Notes: generated by a model from the letters alone, not told the origin. 64,000 nt of DNA from Okamejei kenojei (GCA_035221665.1 CM069154.1:5828001-5892000); one strand, 5' to 3'. Positions 34,441 through 48,185 are shown, counted from the stretch's first letter. Numbers and translations: made by a program.

Positions 34441-35235
34441 ATTGCAGCCGGATCTGGATCGATTGGCCTGGTGGGCGGAGCATTGGTTGATGGAATTTAA
34501 TACAGAGAAGTGTGAGGTGTTGCATTTTGGGACGTCGAACAAGGGCAGGACCTACACAGTAAATGGCAGGCCTCTGGGTAGTGTTGTAGAGCAGAGGGAT
34601 CTAGGAGTACAGGTGTATGATTCCTTGAAGGTTGAGTCACAGGTAGATAAAATGGTCAAAAAGACTTTTGGCACTTTGGCCTTCATCAGTCAGAGTATTG
34701 AGTATAGATGTTCGGAGGTCATGTTGCAGTTGTCTAAGATGATGGTGAGACCGCATTTAGAATATTGTGTTCAGTTCTGGGCACCATGATATAGGAAATA
34801 TACTGTCAAGCTTGAAAGGGTTCCGGAAAGATTTAAAAGGATGTTGCCAGGACTAGAGTGTGTGAGCTAAAGGGTGAGGTTGATTAGGCAGGGTCTCTAT
34901 TCCATCGAGCCCAGGAGGATAAGGGGTGATCTGAAAGAGGTGTATAAGATCATGAGAGGAATAGGTCGGGTAGATGTACAAAGTCTTTTGCCCAGAGTAG
35001 GGGAATCGAGCACTAGAGGACATAGGTTCAAGGTGAAGGGGAAAAGATTTAATAGGAATCTGAGGGGTAACTTTTTCACACAAAGGGTGGTGGGTATATG
35101 GAACAAGATGCCAGAGGAGGTAGTTGAGGCTATGACTATCCCATCGTTTAAGAAACAGTTAGACAGATACATGGATAGGACACTTTTGGATGGATATGGC
35201 TGAAGGGCCTGTTTCCACACTGTATCACTCTATGA
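34441..35235 (+). mobile_element. CR1 LINE 3' portion, decayed
   Basis: [29 protein letters not shown] and NFFTQRVVGIWN. Confidence 0.9.
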
Positions 35236-36310
35236 CACTGACCACGCTCTCGTTTCACTCCTGCCATTGGGAAGAAGATACAGGAGCCTGAAAACTGTGA
35301 CCTCCAGGTTCAAGAACAGCTTCTCAGCAGCAACAATTAGGCTTTTGAACACTGCACACTTACCTCAATTATCAAGTATGGACTGTCTTTAGTTGCACTA
35401 AAGACATCAGTTATTTTTTGTCCTTATTGGATTTATTAACTATTTCATTTTTGTACATTATACGTTAACTGTGTGCATTGTCTTTACAAGCACAATGAGG
35501 GGAATAGATAGGGTATGTGTTGGAAGGAACTGTAGATGCTCGTTCAAGCCGAAGATAGACACAAAAACCTAGAGTTACTCATCCGGTCAGGCAGCATCTC
35601 TGGAGTAAAGGAATAGGTGATGTTATGAGTCGAGACCTTTCTTCAGACAGATTTAGGGGAAAGGGAAACAAGGGTAACAAGGGAAACAAGTCTCTTATCT
35701 AGAGTAGGGGAATCAAGACTCAGGGGACAAGGCTTCAGGTGAAAGCGAAAAGATTTAATAGGATCCTGAGGGGCATCATTTTTTTACACAGTGAGTTGTG
35801 GGTGTTTGGAATGAGCTAACTGATGAGATAGTTGAGGCAGGTGATACAAATATATATTTAAAGGCATTTGGACAGTTACATGAGTAGGACTGGTTTAGGA
35901 GGAGATGGACCAAACGCTGGCAGGAGGAACTAGAGGAGATGGGGCATCTTGGTCGACATGGACAAGTTGGGCTGAAGGGTCTGTTTCCGTGCTGTATAAC
36001 TCCATAAATCTCCAGATTCGTTGTGCTACTGAAACAAAGCGTTATATTGCCACCGTCGGTACATATGACAATCATGCACTTTTGAAGCTTGCATTTAACA
36101 AAACAAAATCGACCAAATGTCCTCGACATGGATTCAGTTCCAGTGCGTAAAATAAATGTTATTAGAAGAATATACCTTGCACTATATTTGTTTTGAGTAC
36201 TGTTGATATCAATCTTGTAATTGGAGATAGTGTGGTTGTCATTGGTTCTGTTATAAAAATATATGTTATCGTTAATGTTAATTGTTAATTCCTAATGTCA
36301 CTATATGTCA

Positions 36311-36932
36311 TAGAAACATAGAAACATAGAAATTAGGTGCAGGAGTAGGCCATTCAGCCCTTCGAGCCTGCACCGCCATTCAATATGATCATGGCTGATC
36401 ATCCAACTCAGTATCCCGTACCTGCCTTCTCTCCATACCCTCTGATCCCCTTAGCCACAAGGGCCACATCCAACTCACTCTTAAATATAGCCAATGAACT
36501 GGCCTCAACTACCCTCTGTGGCAGAGAGTTCCAGAGACTCACCACTCTCTGTGTGAAAAAAGTCTTTCTCATCTCGGTCTTAAAGGATTTCCCCTTATCC
36601 TTAACCTGTGACCCCTTGTCCTGGACTTCCCCAACATCGGAACAATCTTCCTGCATCTAGCCTGTCCAACCCCTTAAGAATTTTGTAAGTTTCTATAAGA
36701 TCCCCTCTCAATCTCCTAAATTCCAGAGAGTATAAACCAAGTCTATCCAGTCTTTCTTCATAAGACAGTCCTGACATCCCAGGAATCAGTCTGGTGAACC
36801 TTCTCTGCACTCCCTCTATGGCAATAATGTCCTTCCTCAGATTTGGAGACCAAAACTGTACGCAATACTCCAGGTGTGGTCTCACCAAGACCCTGTACAA
36901 CTGAAGTAGAACCTCCCTGCTCCTGTACTCAA
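36311..36932 (-). mobile_element. Young CR1 copy, near identical to 20229-20850
   Basis: Same 3' sequence as the 20229 copy; atgtca TSD at 36305-36310/36933-36938. Confidence 0.93.
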
Positions 36933-37204
36933 ATGTCACATTGCACTTGCGGGCGGAGCACCAAGGCAAATTCCTTGTATGTGAATACTTGGTCAATAAA
37001 CCTATTCATTCATAAACCTATTCATTCATTCATCATTCCTTCATATGTTTATTCAAGTTCTGTTGAGGCAAGGAAATAAAATTAAATCTCAGCTGTTTTC
37101 ACATGCAGTGAATAAAGAGATTGTCAGATGGAACCCATTGCTCTGAGTAAAGTGTCAATTAGCTTGAGAGATATGGTGACTATTGTTCAGTGGAATTGGA
37201 CGTC

Positions 37205-37513
37205 TTAGTTGAGTTTAGTTTAGTTTAGAGATACAGCATGGAAACAGGACCTTTGGCCCACCTAGTTCACGCCAACCAGCGATCTCCTCCGCACACCAGT
37301 ACTATCCTGCACACACTAGGGTCAATTTACAATTTTACCGAAGCCAATTAACCTACAAACCTGCACGTCTTTGGTGTGTGGGAAGAAACCAAAGATCTCA
37401 GAGAAAACCCACTTGGTCATGGGGAGAACATAAAAACTCTGTACAGACAGCATCCGTAGTCAGGATCAAACCCGCGTCTCTGGCGCTGAAATGAAGGCAG
37501 CAACTCCACTGCT
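37205..37513 (-). mobile_element. HE1-type SINE
   Basis: Matches the consensus tail and core. Confidence 0.83.
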
Positions 37514-38992
37514 GTACACACGTACACCCTATGTATCATTTATATTTTTGTGTGTCCACGTGGATGCGCCTGTGATGTTGCCACAAGCATGATTTTCATT
37601 GTACCTGCACCTCACCATACGTGCATATAAGAATAAGCCAGACTTGACTTGAAAACTGCTCAGCAAAGTATATTACAATGATGTTCTCATGAGAAAAAGT
37701 ATTTCCAGAACAATTGATCTGATGGGATGTCATAGCTTATAGTTTCCCTCTTCTAAATATTCTTCACAGTTAAAACCATGAGGCATTTCCAGGACTGAAT
37801 ACAATTTATTTCTCATGACTGCAATGTCATGCTACACAGCACAAAATAATAAGTCATTGCTATAAAGGCTAGCAACATTGTTTTGATGGCTCCTTTACTG
37901 AATGAATAGTGAGTAAACTAAGTTAATTGTTTTAGCAGAAGAAACATTAATTCTGTGCAGTCTATTATCAAAGCAAAATAAAAAACACTTTGTCAACGCC
38001 CTTTATGGGCGACTATTTGCATACCTTCGGTTAGTAAGCTAAGAATTTCACTGTGACTTGTCACATGTGACAATAAAGTATTCATTCATTCATTCATTCA
38101 TTCAAAATAATAATGATCATTTGGTCTCGTTGTAGAGTTGTTTCTCAGTCACTATCACCAGTGAATCTTCATTCTGCCTTCTACGGCAAGCTGTGAGGTT
38201 TCGGTTCATTGGGTCCCTGAAAAAAAAAATATCGAAGTCATCAGATTCATTAACTCGGGGAATTGTGCTTTATTTCACAAGGCCACTCACAACAGAATTC
38301 TGCTTCCAATTGGCACAGTGATGCAGCTGATAGAGCTGCTGCCTCACAGCGTCCAAGAATTTGCTTAGATTTTGACATTGGTGCTATCTGTGTGGAGTTT
38401 GCATGTTCTCGCTGTGGCCATGTGACGTTCCACCGCGAGCTTCGCTTTCCTCCCACCTCTCAAAGACTTGGGGTTTACAGGTTAATTGGCCAGCATGAAT
38501 TTCTCCGAGTGTGTTGGGATTTGGGATGAGAGAATGAGATAACATAGAACTAATGCATACGGGTGATCAATGGCCTGATAGACACAAAGTGCTGGAGTAA
38601 CCCAGCGAATCAGGCAAGATCTTTGGGGAAAAAGGATGGATGATATTTCAGTCAGGACCCTTCTTCAAACTGAAAGTAGAGGGGAGTGAACTGGGGTTCA
38701 GATAAGATGGCCTGCATGGTCGCAGTAGGCCAAAGGACCTGTTTCCATGCTGTATTTCTCTCTGCTTCAATGACTGTACAACATCTACGTCAAGCACTTC
38801 AGTTCATTCTGCACACAAACATCTTGTCAAGACCTATTGATATCTTCTTCGTAGAGCATAGGTGTGGCCTGTATTTGTGAAATACTTTATCTAAACACTT
38901 TCCGTTTGTTTTATTTTATCAGCATGTTTGAAAGTATTAATGGACATCATTTGGAAGCATTCAGCAATTCTGATGGTCTCCGCAAAACATAC

Positions 38993-39083
38993 CTTCCTTA
39001 TACTTGTGAACAATGAGACTGAGATACTGCAGATCCCGAGCAGAGTGAAGTACAGCCAGCGTCCCACCTTCCATGTTATGTAA
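38993..39083 (-). pseudogene. Paralog 2 TM exon
   Basis: WxxxRW motif shared with the receptor 1 TM and an AAG|gtatgt donor. The pyrimidine tract ends in ctg rather than cag. Confidence 0.7.
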
Positions 39084-39540
39084 CAGCAAAGGGGGAAAGA
39101 TACAGAATCAGTGGGAGGAAAAAGACTGGTTCGTGTTGGAAACATTAATATCCTGATTGCTGTGAAATCTCTGCATGGAGCAGGGTACAGCAACAGAGCC
39201 CAGGGAGTTCAGCTGGGAAATTCCACCGTCCAGGATCTCGACCCAAAACCTCACCTATCCATGTTCTTCAGAGATGCTGCCTGATTCGCTGAGTTACTCC
39301 AGCATTTTGCGTCTAGCGTTGATAAAGTTAGATAAGAAAAGATGGGAGATGTGACGAGTGGTATGTAAACACCAGCATGGACCAGTTTAGTTGATCTTTT
39401 CTGTGCCTTAAATCCTATGTGACCAGATGTAATTCTGCATAATCCTGGAACCTCATCACATTTAGGGTATTGAGTGCATTTCTGGTCACCATGTTACTGG
39501 AAAGATTTTGTCAAGCTGGAAAGGGTGCAGGGAAGATTTA

Positions 39541-39726
39541 GAAACATAGAAACATAGAAATTATGTGCAGGAGTAGGCCATTCAGCCCTTCGAGCCTGCA
39601 CCGCCATTCAATATGATCATGGCTGATCATCCAACTCAGTATCCCGTACCTGCCTTCTCTCCATACCCTCTGATCCCCTTAGCCACAAGGGCCACATCCA
39701 ACTCACTCTTAAATATAGCAATCCTC
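39541..39726 (-). mobile_element. Young CR1 3' end inserted in an older plus-strand CR1
   Basis: Near identical to 20229-20410; attta duplicated at 39536-39540/39727-39731. Confidence 0.88.
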
Positions 39727-40529
39727 ATTTATGAGGATGTTGCTGGGACTCGAGGGCCTGAGCTATAGGGTAAGTTTGAGCAAGCTAGATCATTATTCCT
39801 TGGAGAGCAAAAGGACGAGGTGATCTAATGGAGGTGTTCAAAATCAAGGGATGAATCAACAATTACTTTCTCATCTTTTTTTGGTTGCCTTGGCACATTT
39901 GATAGAGCTGCTCTCTTGAGGCGCCAGAGACCTGGGTTCGATCCTGACCTCAGGGTGTTATCTGCATTGTACATTTGTGGATTTGTACATTCTCCCTATG
40001 ACCGCGTGGGTCTCCTGCAGGTGCTCTGGTTTGCTCTCACATCCTAAAGGCATGAGGGTTTGGAGGTTAATTGGCATCTGTAAAATTGCCTTTAATGTGT
40101 AGGGAGTGAACAATAAAGTGGTACAACATAGAACTAGTGTTAACAGGGGGATCGAAGATAGACACAAAAAGCTGGAGTAGCTCAGCGGGTCACACAGCAC
40201 CTCTGGAGAGAAGGAATAGATGACGATTTTCGTGTTGAGTCACTTCTTCAGACTGATCTATGGCTGTCATGGACTCGTAGGGTGGAAGGGCCTGTTTCCA
40301 TGCTGTTTCTCTAAAACTAAAAACCAAAAAATATAGCTAGAGTCCATTTGGCCGATTGAGTGTATGCTGGATCTTAGATCGTTCCTTTCAATTCTACTGC
40401 ATACTCCGCTCAACATTTGAATCAATTGAAGTCAATACTCTGAGGCACTTAACACTAGCAAATGAAAGAGGAAATTCCAATTAATTCGCATAAGGAAGTA
40501 GAGCCAATCACAACAGCAGTAATAACATT

Positions 40530-40628
40530 CAGTGCAAGTGGATCGGGTGGTGTCATTTTGACTATCATTGGATCTTTTTACTGTACTTGCAAACGGTATA
40601 GTCGTCATTCGTTCAGTCACTTTACGGT
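40530..40628 (-). pseudogene. Paralog 2 candidate mucin-like stalk exon (3' boundary uncertain)
   Basis: ttgtatttccttgactcaacag acceptor, phase 1, (D)RKVTERMTTIPFASTVKRSNDSQNDTTRST. No clear donor. Confidence 0.45.
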
Positions 40629-42329
40629 CTGTTGAGTCAAGGAAATACAATTCAGCATCACCTTCTTTTAACTTGCAAACTTAAGTTCATAAGTCATCAG
40701 AGCAGAATTAGGCCATTTGGCACATCGACTTCGTCAGTTCATGTTCATAAGTGATAGGAGCAGAATTAGGCCATTCGGCCCATCAAGTCTACTCCATCAT
40801 TCAATCATGGCTGATCTATCTCTCCCTCCTAACCCTATTCTCCTGCTTTCTCCCTATAACCCCTGATACCCGTACTATCTCTGCCTTAAAATATCCATTG
40901 ACTTGGCCTCCACAACCTTCTGTGGCAATAAATTCCACAGATTCATTACCCTCTTGTATTAAGAAATTCCTCCTCATTTTCTTCCGAAAGCAATGCTCTT
41001 TAATTCTGAGGCTATGACCTCTGGCTCTAGATTATCCCACTAGTGGAAACATCTTCTCCACATATATGTTAACCCACTCATTCCTGAGATAATTCTCGTA
41101 AACCTCCGCTGGACCCTCTCAAGAACCAGTACATCCTTCCTCAGATATGATGCCCACCATATGGTCTGCTCCATTCAATCACAGCTGATCTATCCCTCCA
41201 TCTCTACCCCATTCTCTTACCTTCTACTGCCTTCAAGTAAGTCACTGTGATTGTCAGAAGGAAGCCCTTGCCTTCAGTTAAAGGCTGATTGATTTTGTAG
41301 ATGTGCTGTTTCTTTGGTGTAATTGGCCTTATTTTACAGCAAATAAGAGGCATGGTCCAACAGCGTGGAAACAGGCCATTCAGCCCAACTTGCCCTCACT
41401 GACCAACATGTCCCAACTAAAGAGTGTTTTATTGTCATTTTCCCCAGAAAGAACAATGACATTCTTAGTTGCAGCAGAACAACATCATATGTAAACATAG
41501 TACTTTGTAAATAATATATAGCAATATCATAAATGGAAGAAAAGAAAAGTTCAGTACAATCCCCCCCCCCCCCGCCTGTGTTTAGCCCATATCCCTCTAA
41601 ACCTATCCTATCAATGTACCTGTCTAAATGTTCCTTGCAATGGTACCTGCCACAACTACCTCCTCTGGCAGCTTGTTCCATATACCCACCACCCTTTGTG
41701 TAAAAAAATCCTGCTGCTGCCAACACTTAACTGTTGATCACATTTATTGATAATTTCTCATTCCGTCCCATATTTGAGCTCTGGAGATGTTGAGATGCTG
41801 CTGGGACACTTAAAGTGCTTGAGTTGGTGGGACTGCAAAGCCAGTTTAACCCTGACAAACGCAAGAGGAAGTTCTGACCAGACAGCTGGCCTTGCCAGCA
41901 CTGGGAGATCTAGTCCAGTTGCTCAGATACCTATTGGATGGATGGGGCAATGTTATTACATGGTGGATCTCATGAATGCAGTAGTTAGAACGGATCTCGC
42001 TATGACGGAACATGCTGGAGAATAGTTATGATTTGGAGCTGAGGAGCAACAGGGAAGGAGATAATATCAGCAGAAAGATGCAAAATGGTTGAGTTATGCT
42101 GGGTCAGGGGGCATCCCTGGAAAAAATGGACAGGTGACATTTTGGGTCAGAACCCGAGGGTTTCAACCCAAAATGTCGCCTATCCATATTCTCCAGGGAT
42201 ACTGCCTGACCTGCTGAGTTATTCCACCATTTTGTCTTTCTTTGGTAGAAACCAGCATCGAAAGTTCCTTAGTGGAGCGTCACAATGGCTAGGAAGGCAG
42301 ATGAAGGCTGCAGCAGAAAAGTTTAAGAT

Positions 42330-42770
42330 TGAAATGCAGATGCTAAAAAAAATCGAAGGGAGACAAAAATGCTGGAGAAATTCTGCGGGTGAGACAGCAT
42401 CTATGGAGCGATGGAATAGGTGAAGTTTTGGGTCAAGACCCTTCTTCAGACTGATGTGGGGGCTGGGGGGGGGGGGAAGAAGAAAGGAAGAGGCAGAGAC
42501 AGTGAGATGTGGGAGAGCTGGGAAGGGGAGGTGAAGGAGGGAAAAAGCAAGGACTACCTGAAATTGGAGATGACAATGTTCATACCTCTGGGGTGTAAAC
42601 TACCCAAGCGAAATATGAGGTGCTGCTCCTCCAATTTGCGGTGGGACTCACTCTGGCCATGGAGGAGGCCCAGGACAGAAAGGTCGGATTCGGAATGAGA
42701 GGGGGAGTTTAAGTGCTGAGCACCTGGAGATCAGGTTGGTTAATGCGAACTGTGCGGAGGTGCTGGCAAG
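42330..42770 (-). mobile_element. Penelope-like element 3' portion including the GIY-YIG endonuclease C-terminus
   Basis: Minus strand reads AQHLNSPSHSESDLSVLGLLHGQSESHRKLEEQHLIFRLGSLHPRGMNIVISNFR*, then a pyrimidine-rich UTR, the hammerhead motif (42419-42452) and the common short terminal repeat. Confidence 0.8.
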
Positions 42771-43190
42771 ATTTGTTCGTTATCTAAAAATTGAGAATTC
42801 AACGTTCATGCCATTGGATTGTAAGCTGCCTGCGCTGAATGGCAATGGAGGAGGCCCGGGACAGGAAGGTCATTTTAATTCATTTGATACACTTGTTTCT
42901 CACTGATCTGTTCCTGTCGGATTATTAGTTTGAATCGGAATGCAAACCTCCGACAGGGTGAAGTTTCATACAGTTCAGAGGCAGGGAAATGTGCTGAGCA
43001 TCCCAATTGAAGTGGGTGGCCGATCAGTGGGACAGAGCCCGCACTGGGTGGAGCAAAATGAGTGGGGTTCCCCGCAGGTCTCTGCACCGCTGCGGAGCCT
43101 CTGGATATCGGTGCTGCCCTGACCCTTCCCAGAGAAAACATGGATCAGGCATTTCAGTGGAGACGTCAAGTCAATTGCTGAGAAACATAC

Positions 43191-43504
43191 CGTCAGATAT
43201 TTGGAGATGTACGTGTAGCATTGGATCATGGTCAGGTGTAGTAATTCCACAGCTGTACCATCCAGTATCTCCAGAGTGAAGATCCTCCACAGTCACAGTA
43301 AATATTCCTCGTGCCGGGTTATCTGTGATTGACATCCTTCCACTCCGCCCGTGTCGCCCATTTGTTTTCACTAAACTGTACACAGGCGAGTCCACCCATG
43401 GCACCAGTATTTTGTGTATGAGCGGTACTGTGGTTCATAGTGTCAACCGATTGTGATATTTTTCCCCACAAATGTACTTACATATATCGTTGCCCACAGT
43501 GCGC
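43191..43504 (-). pseudogene. Paralog 2 Ig V-set exon, disrupted
   Basis: ALWATIYVSTFVGKNITIG*HYEPQYRSYTKYWCHGWTRLCTV/LVKTNGRHGRSGRMSITDNPARGIFTVTVEDLHSGDTGWYSCGI...HLQISD|gtatg. TGA replaces the B-strand Cys at 43443-43445, and the exon is 314 nt (1 nt short). Confidence 0.9.
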
Positions 43505-44644
43505 CTGAAACAGAGAGGAAAAATCTTCAGAAAATGTACAGGACAAATCTACTTAACACAGCGTTTGCTGGCCCACCCACTCTTCCCCTAACCAACGATG
43601 GGCCGAATGGTCCAATCCGTATGTGGACACTCACTTACCCTTGAGCCAAACACAAAGTGTTGGTGCAACTCAGCAGATCTGCAGCACCTGTGGAGGGAAT
43701 GGACGCGCAAAGTGTCGGGTTGGGACCCTTCTTCAGACTGATTAAAGTAGGGTGGGGAAAGCTGGAAGAGAGGTGGAGATGGGATAAAGCCTGGCAAGTG
43801 ATAGGTGGAAGGTAGACACAAATTGCTGGAGTTAACTCAGCGGAACAGACAGCATAACACGTGGATACAGATGAGGGGGGAATTTTGACTGGTTCATGGG
43901 TGGACAAAGACTGGAGGTGAAAAGCGGTCAAAAGGTTGTAAGATAAGAGAGAAGAGAAGCGAAATGTAAAGCCAGAGGGAGGGGTATATTTGGCAGTGGA
44001 CAGGGGGGAAAGGGAGGAAGAGGCATGGGTGAAATGGCTGTACACCTGCGTGGGGCCAAATGGCCGAACCCGTGTCTGGACATTCACTTACCCTTGAGCC
44101 AAACACAAAGTCCCGGTGTAACTCAGTGACTTTGCAGGCCTTCCGTGAACGCTGGTCGCCACAGGAGGTCGAATAAATACCGATGATGACAACGTTATTT
44201 TTAAATTGATGGCTGTTGTTCTGTAAAATGCTGCAAAGGTAGTTATGATTGTGTTACTTCTTTTTGTATGTTTATTTTGTTTCTGAGTAAAATTATTTGT
44301 ATTTAAAAAAAGTGTAACAGGCAGCATCTGTGGGGGAATGGGGGACGTTTTGTGTCAGACCTTTATCCAGGGTAGGGGGGGGGGGGGGGTGGGTAATGGG
44401 AGGGGGGAGGTGGTAATGAGAGGGGGGAGGGGAAGCCACCTTGATCATTCACCAATTTGTGCTCCCTCTCCATGCATGGCCCTTTTCAGCCCTTGTTCCT
44501 CAATGATTTTAGTCTGAAGTGCAGTCATTGCCATTGTTGGACCAGCCATGTCTGTACTACCCCCAGCCAGGTCAGTACATTCTAGGGTTACTTTCCACTC
44601 CAGAGATCTAGGATCATCCTCCACTGCCTTGAAGAACTGACTTT

Positions 44645-44945
44645 ACACTTTACTTTCAAGATACAGTGTGGAAACAGGACCTTCTGCTCACCAAATCCAC
44701 ACTATCTAGTGATCTCCGTACGCTAACACTATTCCACTACACATACTCAGGACAATGTACATTTTTAATGGAGTCAATTATCCTCAAAACATGCACGTCT
44801 TTGGAGCGTGGGAGGAAATCGGAGCACGTGGAGAAAACCCACATGGTCACAGGGAGAACGTACGAACTCCGTTCTGACAGCATCTGTAGTCAAGATCGAA
44901 CCCGGGTGTCTGGAGCTGTGAGGCAGCTACTCTACACCGTGCTGC
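44645..44945 (-). mobile_element. HE1-type SINE
   Basis: Consensus match. Confidence 0.8.
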
Positions 44946-45724
44946 CTACAGAGAGAGTGCGGTAGTGTTGGAGGTATTGTTGCTCAGTAAGTCTACTCAC
45001 CACCCAGGTATCTCCATCTAATTCACTTGAACCTTGTTTATCTCTTGTCTTTCACCCCAACCACACACTGGCCTCTTGTCTCAAATCTCCCACCTCCTCA
45101 TCTTCCTCCCATCATCCCTCACCCTCTCCAGATGCACCTGCCACCTACCTGCCCCTGTCTCAGCCCCCCCCCCCCCCTCCCTCTCCCCTCTTTATACTTC
45201 ATCTTGCACACTCACCAAAATGTGTGACCACTAATTGTCTGCCTGCAATGGCCCAGAAAGACATTGAGTTCAAGACTATAAATCATGGCTTTGACAATCA
45301 ATGACATTGGCAGAAGTTCCATTTGACAAAGGGGACAGAAGGGTTACCGTGGACTACAGCAAGATTAGGCTAGAACGGTAAAAGAGTCAAGAGTCAAGAG
45401 AGTTTTATTGTCACATGTCCCTGATAGGACAATGAAATTCTTGCTTGCTGTAGCACAACAGAATATGTAAACATATTACAGAACAGGAGATAAACGTTAA
45501 GTTTGTTTATATACCATAGACCATATATATGATATATGAAAAATGATTACTAATGTTGAGAATGCTGTCGAAGCTGTAAAGTTACTCATTTAATTTCTCC
45601 ATCCATGATCTGGAGCCATTTTATGTTTCATAATATATTAAATAATCGGTGGAGTATAATTTGGAGAGAACCTATGTGGAGACAAAGTTATTCCACAACA
45701 GCTTTTAATAAGAAGTATGAAACT

Positions 45725-47019
45725 TTTTTTTTTTTTTTTAAATTTATTTATTAGAAGTACATTACATTTTAATGGTACCTTTTTACAGATTCCTAGAGTT
45801 ATTAAAACATTCTTTGTACAACTTCCTTTTTTTTTAGAAAGAAATGAGAAAGAAAGTAGTGAAGAGTAAAGAATAGTCTAGTGAGTGTGGTGTAAAGAAA
45901 GAAATGTGAGAAAGTGAAGCAGAAAGGAAATTCTCCCACGCCACAAGTCGATTTTTTTTTTATATTCTTAATCATTTTTCAGTCAAACCCAGAATTTTTA
46001 ATTTTATGATGATATTACACCGCATGAGTCCACAAGGTCAATAAATGGAGCCCAATTCGTTAAGAATTGGTCTTTTTTTTTTCTATTAGGAGGAGTCTCA
46101 TTTCTTCCAAATGGGCCGTTTCCAACATATTACCAATCCACATTTTGAGTGTTGGTATAGTAGCCTTTTTCCAGAATTTGAGTATGAGTTTTTTCGCTAT
46201 TATTAAACCATAATTAAAAAATGAGATTTGGGATATATTTAATTTATTTCCATCTCCTAATACTCCAAAGATAATAATTTCCATGGTAGGTTCCATTTTT
46301 ATCTTAAATAAACTAGTGAATATATCAAATATATCACACCAAAATCTTTGAAGTTTTGTGCAAGAAACGAAAGAATGTGTAAAATTGGCATTTTGAGAAA
46401 AGCATTTATCACAAATGGGTGAGATATTTGAATAATACTTATTCAACCTAATTTTTGAATAATATAATCTGTGTAATATTTTAAATTGAATTAAATTATG
46501 TTAATCAAACATTTATGTATATATATCAAATACCTCTCCCATGTTTCTTTAGAAATGTTTATCATTAAATCTTTTCCCAATCTTCTCTAATTGCCTCTGT
46601 TGATTGCAATTCTCTATTAAGACTACTGTTATATAAATATAATATTAATTTTTGTGAGTCCGTCATTGCTTCTTCCAGTGGGTCTATCGTTATATTCTGT
46701 AATCTTGGTATATATTTTTTTATAAAGTCACATATCTGTAAATATTTAAAGTATTGGTTATTATTCAGATTAAATTTTGATTTTAATTGTGATAAATGAT
46801 AATAAATTTCCCATTTCATACATGTCACCCAACTTTTTAATTCCCAGTCTTTCCCATTGTCTATATGTTTTATCCATAATAGATGGTTTAAATACCGGAT
46901 TATTCACTATTGGTGTTAATGAAGATAAGTTTCTTAATTTTAAATTTAATTTTATTTGTTTCCAAATTCAAATTATATTGTGTATGATTGGATTCTTCTT
47001 ATATAATATATTATTCAAT
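45725..47019 (-). mobile_element. L1/Tx1-clade LINE 3' fragment with poly(A), flanked by a 157-bp direct repeat
   Basis: ORF2 C-terminal CDKC..HSFVSC knuckle and AKKLILKFWK, with a T-run at 45724-45739. Direct repeats at 45568-45724 and 47020-47176. Confidence 0.85.
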
Positions 47020-47289
47020 TCGAAGCTGTCAAGTTACTCATTTAATTTCTTCATCCATGATCTGGAGCCATTTTATGTTTCATAATATATTAAATAATTG
47101 GTGGAGTATAATTTGGAGAGAACCTATGTGGAGACAAAGTTATTCCACAACATCTTTTAATAAGAAGTATGAAACTGTTAAAGTGTTTACAAAATGGAAT
47201 GGGTGCAACTACACTTTGAAGCTATTACTTAGATGAACTTCTTTAAAATAAACTCCCATTTTGCTTATTTCACAATCAATCATAGTCTC

Positions 47290-47825
47290 GGATAGACACA
47301 AAATGCTGGAGTAACTTAGCGGGTCAAGCAGCATCCCTGGAGAAATTTGAATAGGAGACATTTTGGGTCAAGACCCTTCATCAGATTGTGAGTCAGGAAG
47401 GGGGAAACTAGAGGTATGGGAAAGTACAGAACAACGCAGAGACTGCATCTATAACTCAAGAAAGGTGGAGTCCACAATGGTCCATTGTTGGCTGGGGATG
47501 AGGTGATAACGAAGGAATAAAAAACGATGAAATTAGCAAGAAGACTAGGGGGAGGGACGGAGAGAGAGGGAATGCAACGGTTCCTTGCAGTTAGAGAAAT
47601 CAATTATCATGCCGCTGGTAGACACTAATGCTGGAGTAACTCAGCGGGATAGGCAGCATCTCTGGAGAGAAGGAATGGGTAGATTTTCAGGTCGAGACCC
47701 TTCTTCAGACTGATGCCAGGGGAGTGGGCAGGACAGAGATAGAATGTAGTCGGAGATGTAAGACTGGTGGGATAACTGGGAAGGGGGAGGAGATGGAGAC
47801 AGATGGAAAGCAAGGGCTATTTGAA
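47290..47825 (-). mobile_element. Two tandem Penelope-like 3' ends
   Basis: Two gctggagtaact..gcagcatc..gacccttc(a/t)tcaga units, each with a purine-rich UTR. Confidence 0.65.
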
Positions 47826-48185
47826 GTGCACATTGGATTCATTGGTGATGATTTGTGTGGTACAATATTACAGAGAGAGTGTATTTACATGACTATATTC
47901 AAATAACGATCATATTACTTAGTGCTGAACATTTTGCAGCTTTACGTGTCTACACATATTTAACCATCTGAATGAATGAATGAATAAGTCAATTGGCCAA
48001 GTATTCACATACAAGGAATTTGCATTGATGCTCCGCCCGCAAGTGACAACATGACATACAGTGATAGATAGGAATGATACACAAAACATTGAACATTAAT
48101 AACACTGCATCTCTGCAGTGGAAACAGTGTATAACGCGCAAACTAATACTAATTATCAGAATGTCCAATTCTGAATATTACTCAC

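Noticed and set aside
40432-40530. Cys-rich/hydrophobic extension CTECYYCCCDWLYFLM as a metal-binding or TM segment
   Set aside because: It is most simply intron read-through after the stalk exon; a better TM exon exists at 39083-38993.
42875-43141. Possible second Ig exon of paralog 2 (also 41750-42040)
   Set aside because: No convincing Cys/Trp pattern or consistent splice pair could be read.
43595-44112. Two cacttaccc donor-like sites as leader exons for paralog 2
   Set aside because: They belong to a local ~60-bp duplication next to Penelope ends and encode no signal peptide; the real leader is at 48222-48186.
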